In this document: piece after piece, positions 44,670 through 53,520 of the stretch | How the letters are laid out: each line of letters opens with the position of its first letter | Position numbering within the stretch: position 1 is the stretch's first letter | From: Phototrophicaceae bacterium | GTDB lineage: Bacteria > Chloroflexota > Anaerolineae > Aggregatilineales > Phototrophicaceae | Length of the DNA stretch: 64,000 nt | Direction: 5' to 3' | NCBI GenBank assembly: GCA_965219985.1 | Contig: OZ244801.1 | Coordinates: 3,930,302-3,994,301, forward strand | Program-made: the position numbers and the translations under genes | Notes under the pieces: generated by a model | Databases searched by the model: none | The model's input: the letters and a program-made list of their open reading frames with translations, nothing else | Told to the model about the DNA's origin: nothing

Positions 44670-46154
44670 TCACAGCCGCGTAAAGGTTTCCTTCAGCGCC
44701 GGATACAGCGACTGATAGATCCGGTAGCGCTCGGCGTAGATCTCGGCGTCCGCGCTAACCGGCACTTTGTCGCCCGTTTGAATCATGGCTTTGCAGGCGC
44801 TGGCAACATCGCGGTAAAGGCCCGCTGACACCGACGCCAGAATGGCTGCCCCAAAGGCGCCGCCCTCGGTGGTATTGATATTGACCAGCGGCGCAGCCAG
44901 CACATCGGCGATTATCTGCTGCCAGACTGGGCTTTTGGCGCCGCCCCCGCTTATGCGCACCTCGTATCTGTCCGGCAAACCCGCCTGAGCGACCAGGGTG
45001 AAGGAGTCCTTCAAGCCGAAGGCCACGCCTTCCAGCACGGCGCGGGTCATGTGCCCGCGGCTGTGACGGCTGGTAATGCCAATGAATGCGCCCCGCGCCA
45101 AGGGATCGGGATGGGGACTGCGCTCGCCGGTTAGATAGGGCAAGAAAAATAAGCCGTCGCTGCCGGCCGGCGCATGTGCCGCTTCCGCCAGCAGCTCGTC
45201 GAAGTCGACATCCGGCGCAAAGGTGTCTTTGTACCATTGCAAACTGCCGGCCGCGCTGAGCATGACGCCCATAAAATGCCAGGTGTCGGGCAGGGCGTGG
45301 CAGAAGGCGTGCAGCCGACCCTCGGCTTCATAGGCGTAGCGGCTCAAGGGCGCGAAGACGACGCCGGAGGTACCGACTGTGACGCCTATTTTGTCCGGCG
45401 ACACGCAGCCCATGCCGACCGCGCCCGCCGCCTGATCGCCGCCGCCGCCGACGATGGGTGTGCCATTCTCCAGCCCGGTCAGATCAGCCGCTTCGCCGCT
45501 TACGCTTGCTGTGAAGTCCGTGCCTTCGTGGACCGGCGGCAGCCACGCGCGCGGGATATCGAGAGCCGCCAGCATCTCGTCCGACCAGGCGCGCTCAGCC
45601 ACATTAAGCAGCGAGGTGCCAGAGGCGCCAGCCAGGTCGGTGGCGTAGTCGGTACTGAGCATGAAGCGAATGTAATCTTTGGGCAGCAGGATCTGATCGA
45701 TCCTGGCGTAGATCTCCGGCTCGTTTTCGCGCACCCAGAGGAGTTTGGGCGCGGTGAAGCCGGTCACAGCCGGGTTGCCGGTCAACTCGATCAGCCGGCG
45801 CGCGCCGACCCGGGCGGTCATATCGTCGCACTGCGCTTGTGTACGCTGATCGTTCCACAATATCGCCGGCCGCAGCACATCGCCATACGCGTCCAGCAGC
45901 ACCAGGCCGTGCATCTGCCCGGTCAAGCCGATGGCGTCAATTTCGTGACCGTCAAGTCCCGAATCCGCCAAGACCTGACGGATGCTGGCGCTGATGCCGT
46001 CCCACCAGTCAGCCGGGTTCTGCTCGCTCCAGAGCGGCTGCGGCTGGCTGATAGGCTGAGGACTGTTGGCCACGGCGATGACCCCGCCCTTCTCGTCGAC
46101 GATCAGCGCTTTGGCGCCGGTGGTGCTGATGTCAAGTCCCATCAGATTGGGCAT
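44670..46154 (-). CDS. xylB: Xylulokinase
   Basis: FGGY-family kinase, 494 aa (MGLDISTTGAKALIVD..., GGGAKSPVWQQI), adjacent to xylA. Confidence 0.85.
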   Translation of the reverse strand: MPNLMGLDISTTGAKALIVDEKGGVIAVANSPQPISQPQPLWSEQNPADWWDGISASIRQVLADSGLDGHEIDAIGLTGQMHGLVLLDAYGDVLRPAILWNDQRTQAQCDDMTARVGARRLIELTGNPAVTGFTAPKLLWVRENEPEIYARIDQILLPKDYIRFMLSTDYATDLAGASGTSLLNVAERAWSDEMLAALDIPRAWLPPVHEGTDFTASVSGEAADLTGLENGTPIVGGGGDQAAGAVGMGCVSPDKIGVTVGTSGVVFAPLSRYAYEAEGRLHAFCHALPDTWHFMGVMLSAAGSLQWYKDTFAPDVDFDELLAEAAHAPAGSDGLFFLPYLTGERSPHPDPLARGAFIGITSRHSRGHMTRAVLEGVAFGLKDSFTLVAQAGLPDRYEVRISGGGAKSPVWQQIIADVLAAPLVNINTTEGGAFGAAILASVSAGLYRDVASACKAMIQTGDKVPVSADAEIYAERYRIYQSLYPALKETFTRL

Positions 46155-46195
46155 CGAGTGTCCCTTTCAATCGAACTGCTGCGGGGTTTGAGGCG

Positions 46196-46219
46196 GGCGA
46201 CCCAAGGGTCACCCCTACA
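46196..46219. repeat. REP-like hairpin (gggcgaccc-aa-gggtcaccc ctac)
   Basis: In the xylA-xylB intergenic spacer. Confidence 0.75.
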
Positions 46220-46250
46220 TAATACCTTAGTCCGGGCTGGCCGAGCGACG

Positions 46251-47417
46251 CTAGCGCACGCCCAGCAGAATATCGAATGTCAACTGATCCAGCCGTTCGT
46301 AGGGCAGATTGCGCGCGCCCAGGCTCACGCGGTCGAATTCGGTCGCCTTCAGCCGGTCGGCGGCGGCGCTGCTGTAACCCTCGGTCAGATAGCTGGTGCT
46401 GCCGTCATCGGCGTTGATCTCGGCCAGCAGCGCCTGAATCTCGGCGTCGGCGTTGAACTGCGCCGCCTTCTCTTTGAAGACCAGGTAGGAACGCATACAG
46501 CCGCGGGCGAATTCCTTGACATCGTCGTAGCCCGAGCTGCGGTAGGCGTGGGCGTCAAAGTGGCGGCTGCCGTCGTAACCGACATCTTCCAGGAAGCGCA
46601 CCAGGTGAAAGTTTTGCTTGATCATCATGCTGCCGAAGCGGAAGTCTTGATCGTAGCGGCCAAACATCTGGTCGTTGAGGTCGATGTGGAAGAGCTTGCC
46701 CGCTTCCCAAGCCTGCGCCACCGCGTGCAGGAAGTTCAAGCCGGCCATGTGCTCGTGCGCCACTTCCGGGTTGACGCCGACCATATCGGAATCGTCCAGC
46801 GTGGCGATGAAACCCAGCATGGCGCCAACAGTGGGGAAGTAGATATCGCTGCGCGGCTCATTGGGTTTGGGCTCCAGCGCGAAGCGATAACCGTAATCAT
46901 TGTCTTTGGAGTATTCGCAGAGGAAGTTGATGGCTTCGCGCATGCGCTTGACGCCATCGGCCGGGTTCTTGGCGCTGTCGCTCTCGGCGCCTTCGCGCCC
47001 GCCCCAAAAGACATAGACCTTCGCGCCCAGCTCCGCGCCCAGGTCCATTGAGCGCATGGTCTTCTGCAGGGCATAGGCGCGCACGGCCGCGTCGTTGCTG
47101 GTGAAGGCGCCGTCTTTGAAAGCGGGATCGGTGAAGAGATTGGTGGTCGCCATCGGGCAGACGATGCCGGTTTCGTCCATAGCGCGCTTGAAATCGGCAA
47201 CGATCCGGTCGCGCTCAGCGAGTGTGGCGTCGATGGGGACGAGGTCGTTGTCATGCAGGTTGACGCCCCAGGCGCCGACCTCGGCCAGCATGCGCACGAT
47301 CTCGACCGGCGAGATGGGGTCGCGGGTGGGTTCGCCGAAGGGGTCGCGGCCGATGTTGCCGACCGTCCATAAACCGAAGGTGAATTTGTGTTCCGGCTGG
47401 GGGATGAAGTCCGCCAT
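46251..47417 (-). CDS. xylA: Xylose isomerase (class I, actinobacterial type)
   Basis: 388 aa; [24 protein letters not shown] and LEPKPNEP motifs. Confidence 0.9.
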   Translation of the reverse strand: MADFIPQPEHKFTFGLWTVGNIGRDPFGEPTRDPISPVEIVRMLAEVGAWGVNLHDNDLVPIDATLAERDRIVADFKRAMDETGIVCPMATTNLFTDPAFKDGAFTSNDAAVRAYALQKTMRSMDLGAELGAKVYVFWGGREGAESDSAKNPADGVKRMREAINFLCEYSKDNDYGYRFALEPKPNEPRSDIYFPTVGAMLGFIATLDDSDMVGVNPEVAHEHMAGLNFLHAVAQAWEAGKLFHIDLNDQMFGRYDQDFRFGSMMIKQNFHLVRFLEDVGYDGSRHFDAHAYRSSGYDDVKEFARGCMRSYLVFKEKAAQFNADAEIQALLAEINADDGSTSYLTEGYSSAAADRLKATEFDRVSLGARNLPYERLDQLTFDILLGVR

Positions 47418-47544
47418 ATTGTCCTCTTTTATCCTTCGCTCAAGTCAAGTTAGGCGGAATTGTAACAAAAAGGCTTATCGCTTGTCAGGCGGGTTTTCGG
47501 TACACTACTCTCTATTCCAGCCAAGGCTATCGAAAGCGACCCGT

Positions 47545-48324
47545 ATGGCATTACCCGCGCGCGAATCGCCCATCGGCAAAAGCGTCTCTCTCTTCGTCAC
47601 CTGCATCGTCGACATGATCTATCCGGGCACGGGCCTGTCGGTGGTCGACATCCTGGAGCATGTCGGCGTCCGAGTCGACTTCCCGCCGGCGCAGACTTGC
47701 TGCGGGCAGCCAGCTTTCAACTCCGGTTACCGCGATGAAGCGCGCGCAGTCGCGAAGCATTTCTTCAAAGCCTTCAAAGACGCCGAGGTCATCGTCTGTC
47801 CCTCCGGCTCCTGCGCCACCATGCTGCGGCACGAATATCCCAGCTTGTTCGCGCCGGACGACGGCGAGCTCTACCACCAGGCGCAGCGCATCGCCGCGAT
47901 CACCTGGGAGTTCAGCGAGTTCCTGGTCGATGGGCTGGGCATCGTTGACCTCGACCTGAGTTTGCCAGCCGCCGAGTCCTTCGCCTTCCACGACGCCTGC
48001 CACGGCTTGCGCGGCTTGGGCTTGGGCGGCGCCTCGCGCGAGCTGCTGAGGCATCTGGGCAAAGCCCAACTGACGGAATTAAACGAATGCGAGGTCTGCT
48101 GCGGCTTCGGCGGTTTGTTCAGCGTCAAGATGCCCGAGCTCAGCAACGCCATGCTGCGGAACAAAGTGGACAACATCAACGAATCGGCGGCGGACACCAT
48201 CGTCACCGGCGATGTCAGCTGCCTGACGCAGATGAACGGCGGCCTGTCGCGGCGCAAGTCGGGCAAACGCGTCCTGCACCTGGCTGATGTGCTGGCCAAG
48301 GCGCTGCAAAAGGAGCGCGCATGA
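47545..48324 (+). CDS. lutA: Lactate utilization protein A (CCG-domain Fe-S oxidoreductase)
   Basis: The internal ATG at 47545 gives VSLFVTCIVDMIYP, the usual LutA N-terminus. There are two CCG-type motifs (CCGQPAFNSG, CCGFGGLF). The upstream part of the ORF is antisense to xylA. Confidence 0.85.
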   Translation: MALPARESPIGKSVSLFVTCIVDMIYPGTGLSVVDILEHVGVRVDFPPAQTCCGQPAFNSGYRDEARAVAKHFFKAFKDAEVIVCPSGSCATMLRHEYPSLFAPDDGELYHQAQRIAAITWEFSEFLVDGLGIVDLDLSLPAAESFAFHDACHGLRGLGLGGASRELLRHLGKAQLTELNECEVCCGFGGLFSVKMPELSNAMLRNKVDNINESAADTIVTGDVSCLTQMNGGLSRRKSGKRVLHLADVLAKALQKERA

Positions 48325-49727
48325 GCGTCGAACTCAAGTCGAACGACTTCGTCGCCCTGGCTGATATCGCCCTGCGCAATCCCGACTTGCAGCGCGCGGT
48401 GGGCGCCGGCACCCGCGGCGGCTATCAGAAGCGCGCCGAGACCATGTTCGCGCGCAGCCGCGAGCACGGCGAGCACATGCGCCAGCAAGCGGCTGAAGCC
48501 AAACGCCGCGCCCTGCGCAAACTGCCCGATCTGCTGGAAACCGCTGAGCGCAACTTGATCGCCAACGGCTGGCAGGTGGCTTGGGCTGAGGACGCCGCCG
48601 AAGCCAATCAACTGGTGCTGGACATCGCGCGGCGACACGGCGTCGAGACGGTCACCAAAAGCAAGTCCATGCTCAGCGAAGAGCTGGGCGTCAACCACGC
48701 CATGGAGGCGGCCGGCCTGCGCGTGGTCGAGACCGACCTGGGCGAGTACATCATCCAGCTCAATAACGAGACGCCCAGCCACATCGTCGCGCCGGTCATG
48801 CACAAAACCAAAGCCGAAATCCGCGATATCTTCGTGCGCGAGCTGGATATGAGGCCGACCGACGACGCCGAAGAGATGGTCGCCTTCGCCCGCAAGATGC
48901 TGCGCGACGATTTTCTCAAGTCCGACATGGGCATTTCCGGCGGCAACTTTCTCATCGCCGAGACCGGCTCCATCGGGCTGGTGATGAACGAAGGCAACGG
49001 CCGCCTGTGCACTTCCATGCCGCGTGTGCATATCGCCCTGGTGGGCATCGAGAAAATCGTCGAAACAGTCGCAGACTACGCCACCTTGACGCAAGTGCTG
49101 CCCAGCAGCTCGACCGGCCAAAAGCTGACCGTGTACACCAATATACTCAACGGGCCCGGGCGCGCCGCCGAGGACGACGGGCCTGAGCACAGTTATGTCA
49201 TCCTGGTCGATAATGGCCGCTCGCAAATCTACGGCAGCGACTACGCCGAGGCGCTGACTTGCATCCGCTGCGGCGCCTGCCAGAATGCCTGCCCGGTCTA
49301 CCGCAGCACCGGCGGCCACGCTTATGGCTGGGTCTATGGGGGGCCTATCGGCGCTGTGCTGACGCCGCTGCTGGTCGGCTTGGAAAACGCCCAGCCCCTG
49401 CCCCACGCCAGCAGCCTCTGCGGCAGCTGCAAGCAAGTCTGCCCGGTCGACATCGACCTGCCGCGCATGCTGCTGGACCTGCGCCGGGACCTGGTGCGCG
49501 ACGGCCATTCGAAGGTCGGCTGGGATACCGCCATGAAACTCTGGGCGGTCGGCATGACCTCAGCCGCGCGCTTTGCCCTGGGCGGGAAAGCCGCCCGCAC
49601 CGGCCAACATATTATGGGTGATTACATGCCTGGCATCCTGGGCAATTGGAGCAAACACCGCGATTTCCCCGATTTCGCGCCCAAGCCCTTCCGCCAGCTC
49701 TGGAAAGAACGCCATGAACGCTCGTGA
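48321..49727 (+). CDS. lutB: Lactate utilization protein B (4Fe-4S ferredoxin-type)
   Basis: Two Cys clusters, CIRCGACQNACPV and CGSCKQVCPV. ATGA overlap with lutA. Confidence 0.85.
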   Translation: MSVELKSNDFVALADIALRNPDLQRAVGAGTRGGYQKRAETMFARSREHGEHMRQQAAEAKRRALRKLPDLLETAERNLIANGWQVAWAEDAAEANQLVLDIARRHGVETVTKSKSMLSEELGVNHAMEAAGLRVVETDLGEYIIQLNNETPSHIVAPVMHKTKAEIRDIFVRELDMRPTDDAEEMVAFARKMLRDDFLKSDMGISGGNFLIAETGSIGLVMNEGNGRLCTSMPRVHIALVGIEKIVETVADYATLTQVLPSSSTGQKLTVYTNILNGPGRAAEDDGPEHSYVILVDNGRSQIYGSDYAEALTCIRCGACQNACPVYRSTGGHAYGWVYGGPIGAVLTPLLVGLENAQPLPHASSLCGSCKQVCPVDIDLPRMLLDLRRDLVRDGHSKVGWDTAMKLWAVGMTSAARFALGGKAARTGQHIMGDYMPGILGNWSKHRDFPDFAPKPFRQLWKERHERS

Positions 49728-50442
49728 TCGTATTCTGAACCGGCTGCGTCAGGCGCAGAAGAACCCCCACCCCCAAACCCCCTCCCCCAAGATGAGGGAG
49801 GGGGCTTCAAAGCGCGAGCTCGCTGACGAAACTCCCCTTCCCCCTTTATGGGGGCAAGGGGCCGGGGGATGGGGGGGAGTGCGCCGCCGCATGCTGCCGC
49901 TGCCCGAGCTGAGCGATGAGGAGCGCCTGGAATGCTTCGCCAGCGAGGCCGCAGCGCTGGGCTGCGTCGTCTATCGGGTGAGCCGCGGCGAGGCGCTGGA
50001 ACAGATCATGGATCTACTCGACGGCGACAAGTCGGTGCTGAGTTGGGCGGAGGAAGAGCTGCCCTACCCCGGCTTGCACGAGCTGTTGGCGTCGCTGGAT
50101 GTGTCGGTCGCGCCGCCGGACGATGGCAATATCCGCGTCGGCATTACCGGCGTTTCGGCTGCGCTGGCCGCCACCGGCAGCCTCGTGCTGGAGAGCGGCG
50201 CCGGACGCCCCCGCAGCGCCTCGCTATTGCCCGACCGGCACATTGCCCTGCTGACGCCCGAGCAGCTTCTGAACGATCTCGAATCCTGGCAGAGCGCCCA
50301 GCAAGCGCTAGGGTATCCGGCTTTCAAAGACGCCAGTAACACCGTCATCGTGACGGGACCCAGCAAGACCGCTGATATCGGCCATCAACTGGTCAAAGGC
50401 GCCCACGGGCCGCGCGAGCTGCATATCATCGTTCTGGACTGA
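49714..50442 (+). CDS. lutC: Lactate utilization protein C (LUD domain) carrying an in-frame insert of about 38 codons derived from a repeat element
   Basis: ATG at 49714 (MNARDRILNRLRQAQ). C-terminal LUD hallmarks GITGVSAALAATGSLVL...TGPSKTADI. The insert is described under repeat 49764-49877. Confidence 0.75.
   Translation: MNARDRILNRLRQAQKNPHPQTPSPKMREGASKRELADETPLPPLWGQGAGGWGGVRRRMLPLPELSDEERLECFASEAAALGCVVYRVSRGEALEQIMDLLDGDKSVLSWAEEELPYPGLHELLASLDVSVAPPDDGNIRVGITGVSAALAATGSLVLESGAGRPRSASLLPDRHIALLTPEQLLNDLESWQSAQQALGYPAFKDASNTVIVTGPSKTADIGHQLVKGAHGPRELHIIVLD
49764..49877. repeat. C-tract/G-tract bounded hairpin-module repeat (114 bp) lying inside the lutC reading frame
   Basis: cccccacccccaaacccc ... 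gggggatggggggg with internal hairpins ccctccccc-aagatga-gggaggggg and ttccccc-tttat-ggggg. The length is a multiple of 3. Confidence 0.65.
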
Positions 50443-50448
50443 GTGTCT

Positions 50449-50472
50449 GGGCGAGCCAGGGCTCGTCCCTAC
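50449..50472. repeat. REP-like hairpin between the convergent lutC and oxidoreductase genes
   Basis: gggcgagcc-ag-ggctcgtccctac. It overlaps the stop codon of the minus-strand gene and is a plausible bidirectional terminator. Confidence 0.7.
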
Positions 50473-51605
50473 CGTCGACTGCGGCTGGACTGCGGCGGCT
50501 TGGCGATATAGCTTTGCAGCAAATCGGCGTATTCTTGCGCGTCAATCGGCAGCGGCACGGTCGCTCGTTTATGCGCGGACAGGATGATGGCGTTGTTCAG
50601 CATGACCGAGTTCAAGCCTGCTTCCGCAGGCGCGATCAAGTCGGCGCCGTTCAGTATCGCATCGGCGAAGTTCGCAATCACCCACTCGTGCTGATTGGTT
50701 TGGCGCGCTTCAAAAGGAATCAGCTCGCGGCTGACCGGCAGTTTGGCGCCTTTGCCCGCTTCGCGAATATGCTTGCTGGATGACCACTCGTTGCGGTAGA
50801 GCTCCAACTCATCATTCTCATATACCAGTTTGCCGCAATCGCCGACGATCTCCAGCCGATTGGTACCGGGCGATTCGCCGGTCGAGGCGATGAAATGGCC
50901 GACCAGACCGCTGTCGTATTCAAAATAGGCTGTCACCTCATCCTCGACTTCGATATGGTGATGCTTGCCGAAGCTGACCTGCCCGTTGACGCGCGCCGGC
51001 ATGCCCACCAGCCACTGGAAAAGGTCGAGATTGTGCGGGCATTGATTCATCAGTACGCCGCCGCCCTCGCTGGCCCAGCCGCCGCGCCAGGGCCGGCTGT
51101 CGAAGTAATACTGCGTACGGAACCAATCAGTGATGATCCAGGTGCAGCGCATCAAAGCGCCCAGCGCGCCACTTTCGATGATGGCCTTGACCTTGCGCCA
51201 CTGGCCCCAGGTGCGTTGCATGAACATGGCGGCGAAGACGAGCTCCGGATGCTTACGCCTGGCGGCGCTGGCGTCATCCAGCAAGCGCTGCGCCGCCCCC
51301 ACATGCACGGCGATCGGCTTTTCGACCAGCACATGCATGCCGCGCTCGAAAGCCTGGCGGCACATTTCGGGATGATCGTAATGCGGCGTGGCGATGATAA
51401 CCGCATCCAGCTCAACTGCCTCCAGCATACGCTCGTACGCTTGATAACGCGGGACATCCGGATAGGCGTCGGCGTCCAGCAGGGCGAAGCTGTGGTCGCA
51501 GATGGCGCTTAATTCCGTGCTGGGCAAAGCCATCACATGGTCGACATGCTCGCTGCCCATGCTGCCGATGCCGACGATGCCGATTTTGATTTGGGCTTGG
51601 GTCAT
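50469..51605 (-). CDS. Gfo/Idh/MocA-family NAD(P)-dependent oxidoreductase
   Basis: The ATG at 51605 gives MTQAQIKIGIVGIGSMGSEH (Rossmann GxGxxG). EKP motif VLVEKPIA. Confidence 0.8.
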   Translation of the reverse strand: MTQAQIKIGIVGIGSMGSEHVDHVMALPSTELSAICDHSFALLDADAYPDVPRYQAYERMLEAVELDAVIIATPHYDHPEMCRQAFERGMHVLVEKPIAVHVGAAQRLLDDASAARRKHPELVFAAMFMQRTWGQWRKVKAIIESGALGALMRCTWIITDWFRTQYYFDSRPWRGGWASEGGGVLMNQCPHNLDLFQWLVGMPARVNGQVSFGKHHHIEVEDEVTAYFEYDSGLVGHFIASTGESPGTNRLEIVGDCGKLVYENDELELYRNEWSSSKHIREAGKGAKLPVSRELIPFEARQTNQHEWVIANFADAILNGADLIAPAEAGLNSVMLNNAIILSAHKRATVPLPIDAQEYADLLQSYIAKPPQSSRSRR

Positions 51606-51718
51606 TTGCTCTCCTCGGTACACGCTGACGTCTATGTGGCGCAAACGCGCTGATTATAGCGCAAGCAGCGAGCCTGTGTATGGGCGAGCGGCGCCGAAGG
51701 TCAAGCCGCGCACGATAA

Positions 51719-51874
51719 GGGAGTGGTAAATAGGCGGTTATGATAGACTGCGCCGAGCACACAAGAAAACTCTGTGCCGGCGGGCAGTGTCTACGCGCCC
51801 CTCTGTGTTTTCTGTGGTGAAAAACCTGTGACCTGTTCGCTTAGAGAGTTATATCCGCAATGTTCACCACTCCC
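51719..51874. mobile_element. Short MITE (156 bp) of the IS1-derived family
   Basis: gggagtggtaaataggcggttatgatagactgcgccgagc...ttatatccgcaatgttcaccactccc. Both ends match the 314-bp MITE. The interior is replaced by the 20-nt motif (51782-51801). No target duplication is visible. Confidence 0.75.
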
Positions 51875-51939
51875 GCCGCCGTGGCTGCTGAGTTATCATT
51901 GTCCGTAGAGAATGTCAACCAAAAAAAGCGAGACGAAGA

Positions 51940-52374
51940 TCACGACTTCCTTGTCCCGCAGCGACAGTCAATGACCAGCTTGCCTTTGATGCGGTTGCAC
52001 TCGGCGCAGAGCAGTTGCAGATTGTCATAACTCGACCGGCCGCCCCTGGCGATGGGAAGGATGTGATCCAGCACCAGGTTGTCCACATCGCCGCAGTTGG
52101 CGCAGCGCTCGCCGTATTGCGCCGCCAGACGATCAAAGTACTTGGCGTAACCGGTCCGCAGCGCCTGCCGTTCACGCCGCTTGACTTGTGGCGGTACCGC
52201 CCGCTTGTAGGCGCTGGCTCGCTTCAGCGGCTTGCAAGATCGGCCGCCGCGCGCCATGAAACGAGCGAGATCGCTATCTGGCGAATGACACTGGCAGCGG
52301 CGCGTCAGCCGCCCGCAGTAGGCGCAGTACATAATCCGCCTGCTTCTGTTTTTGCCGAGCTCATGCCAAAGCAT
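51940..52374 (-). CDS. Small stand-alone HNH endonuclease
   Basis: C-terminal CANCGDVDNLVLDHILPIARGGRSSYDNLQLLCAECNRIKG is a classic HNH/zinc-finger core. I shorten the ORF to the ATG at 52374 (or 52332), because the longer version overlaps the opposite-strand dehydrogenase gene. Confidence 0.65.
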   Translation of the reverse strand: MLWHELGKNRSRRIMYCAYCGRLTRRCQCHSPDSDLARFMARGGRSCKPLKRASAYKRAVPPQVKRRERQALRTGYAKYFDRLAAQYGERCANCGDVDNLVLDHILPIARGGRSSYDNLQLLCAECNRIKGKLVIDCRCGTRKS

Positions 52375-52500
52375 AGCAGATAAAGAAGGCCCAAGGCCGC
52401 TCTGGCTGGCGGCATTCTGTTGGCGCGCCGGGCGAGGCTTTGCAGTATTGCGGCTTTGGGCTAGAGTGTAGCCGTATCCAAAGCAAAGCGAACCCGCCCC

Positions 52501-53520
52501 ATGCGACCTACAGTGCTGATCGCCTCTTACCTTGAGCCCGAGCATATCAACCGCATCCGCGCCGAGGCGCCGGCGGTGGATGTCCTTTACCGCCCGGACT
52601 TGATTGGAGCGCCGCGCTTCCAAGCCGACCATACCGCGCCAGTCAAGCGGACGCCGCAACAAGAAGCCGAGTGGCGCGCCTTGCTGGCGGAGGCTGAGAT
52701 TCTCTTCGACTTTGACATTTCGCATCGCGAAGATTTACCAGCGCTGGCGCCCAAGCTGAAGTGGATCCAAGCCACCAGCGCCGGCATCGGTCAAGCGGTC
52801 AAGCGCTTCGGCTATGATCAGACGGGCTGGCGCTTCACCACAGCCAGCGGCGTGCACGCCCGCCCGCTCGCCGAGTACTGCTTGATGGTAATGCTGATGT
52901 TCATCAAAAATTACCCGGTCATGGACGCCCAGAAGCGCGCTCACCACTGGCGGCGCTTCAACAATAGCGAGCTGCGCGGCCTGACGGTCGGCATCGTCGG
53001 CTTGGGGCGGATCGGGCGCGACATCGCGCAAGTGTGCCAGACCTTTGGCATGACTGTGCTGGCTTGCCGCCGCAGCCGGACGAACCCGCCGCCGACGGTC
53101 GACGTCCAATTCCCGCCGGAGCAACTGGATGATTTGCTGCCGCAGGTCGACTTTCTGGTGCTATGCGCGCCGCATACGCCCGACACCGATGGCCTGCTCA
53201 GCGCCGAGCGCATTCGGCTCATGAAAACCGGCTCCATTTTGATCAACATCGCTCGCGGCGCGCTGGTCGATCACAGCGAGTTGAAGCGGGCGCTGCGCGC
53301 TGGGCATTTGGGCGGAGCCGCGCTTGATGTGACGGATCCAGAACCACTGCCCGCGGACGACCCGCTATGGGACATGCCCAACGTCATCATCAGCCACCAT
53401 TCCGCCAGCACGGCCGATACCGAAAACGGCAAGCTGACCGACCTGTTCATCCGCAACTTGCATCGCTATCTCAATGACGAGCCGCTGGAGAATTTGCTGG
53501 ATATCGAGCGGATGTATTAG
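52501..53520 (+). CDS. D-isomer-specific 2-hydroxyacid dehydrogenase family protein
   Basis: NAD-binding motif GIVGLGRIGRDIA, with catalytic context INIARGALVD and SHHSAS. Confidence 0.8.
   Translation: MRPTVLIASYLEPEHINRIRAEAPAVDVLYRPDLIGAPRFQADHTAPVKRTPQQEAEWRALLAEAEILFDFDISHREDLPALAPKLKWIQATSAGIGQAVKRFGYDQTGWRFTTASGVHARPLAEYCLMVMLMFIKNYPVMDAQKRAHHWRRFNNSELRGLTVGIVGLGRIGRDIAQVCQTFGMTVLACRRSRTNPPPTVDVQFPPEQLDDLLPQVDFLVLCAPHTPDTDGLLSAERIRLMKTGSILINIARGALVDHSELKRALRAGHLGGAALDVTDPEPLPADDPLWDMPNVIISHHSASTADTENGKLTDLFIRNLHRYLNDEPLENLLDIERMY

Noticed and set aside
45174-47051. 625-aa plus-strand ORF spanning xylB, the intergenic REP and xylA in antisense. Similar cases: 47871-49508 (antisense to lutA/lutB), 38141-39457 (antisense to the SBP), 41635-42519 (antisense to the sulfatase), 19587-20393 (antisense to the fusion gene).
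   Set aside because: Same reasoning as above. They cross gene boundaries of well-supported genes on the other strand and encode repetitive R/A/G/D-rich sequence.
47095-47544. N-terminal 150 aa of the 409-aa ORF containing lutA
   Set aside because: This part is antisense to the 5' end of xylA and has no LutA similarity. The family N-terminus begins at the ATG at 47545.
52375-52725. Upstream 117 codons of the HNH ORF
   Set aside because: They overlap the well-supported 2-hydroxyacid dehydrogenase gene on the opposite strand and contain no recognisable domain.
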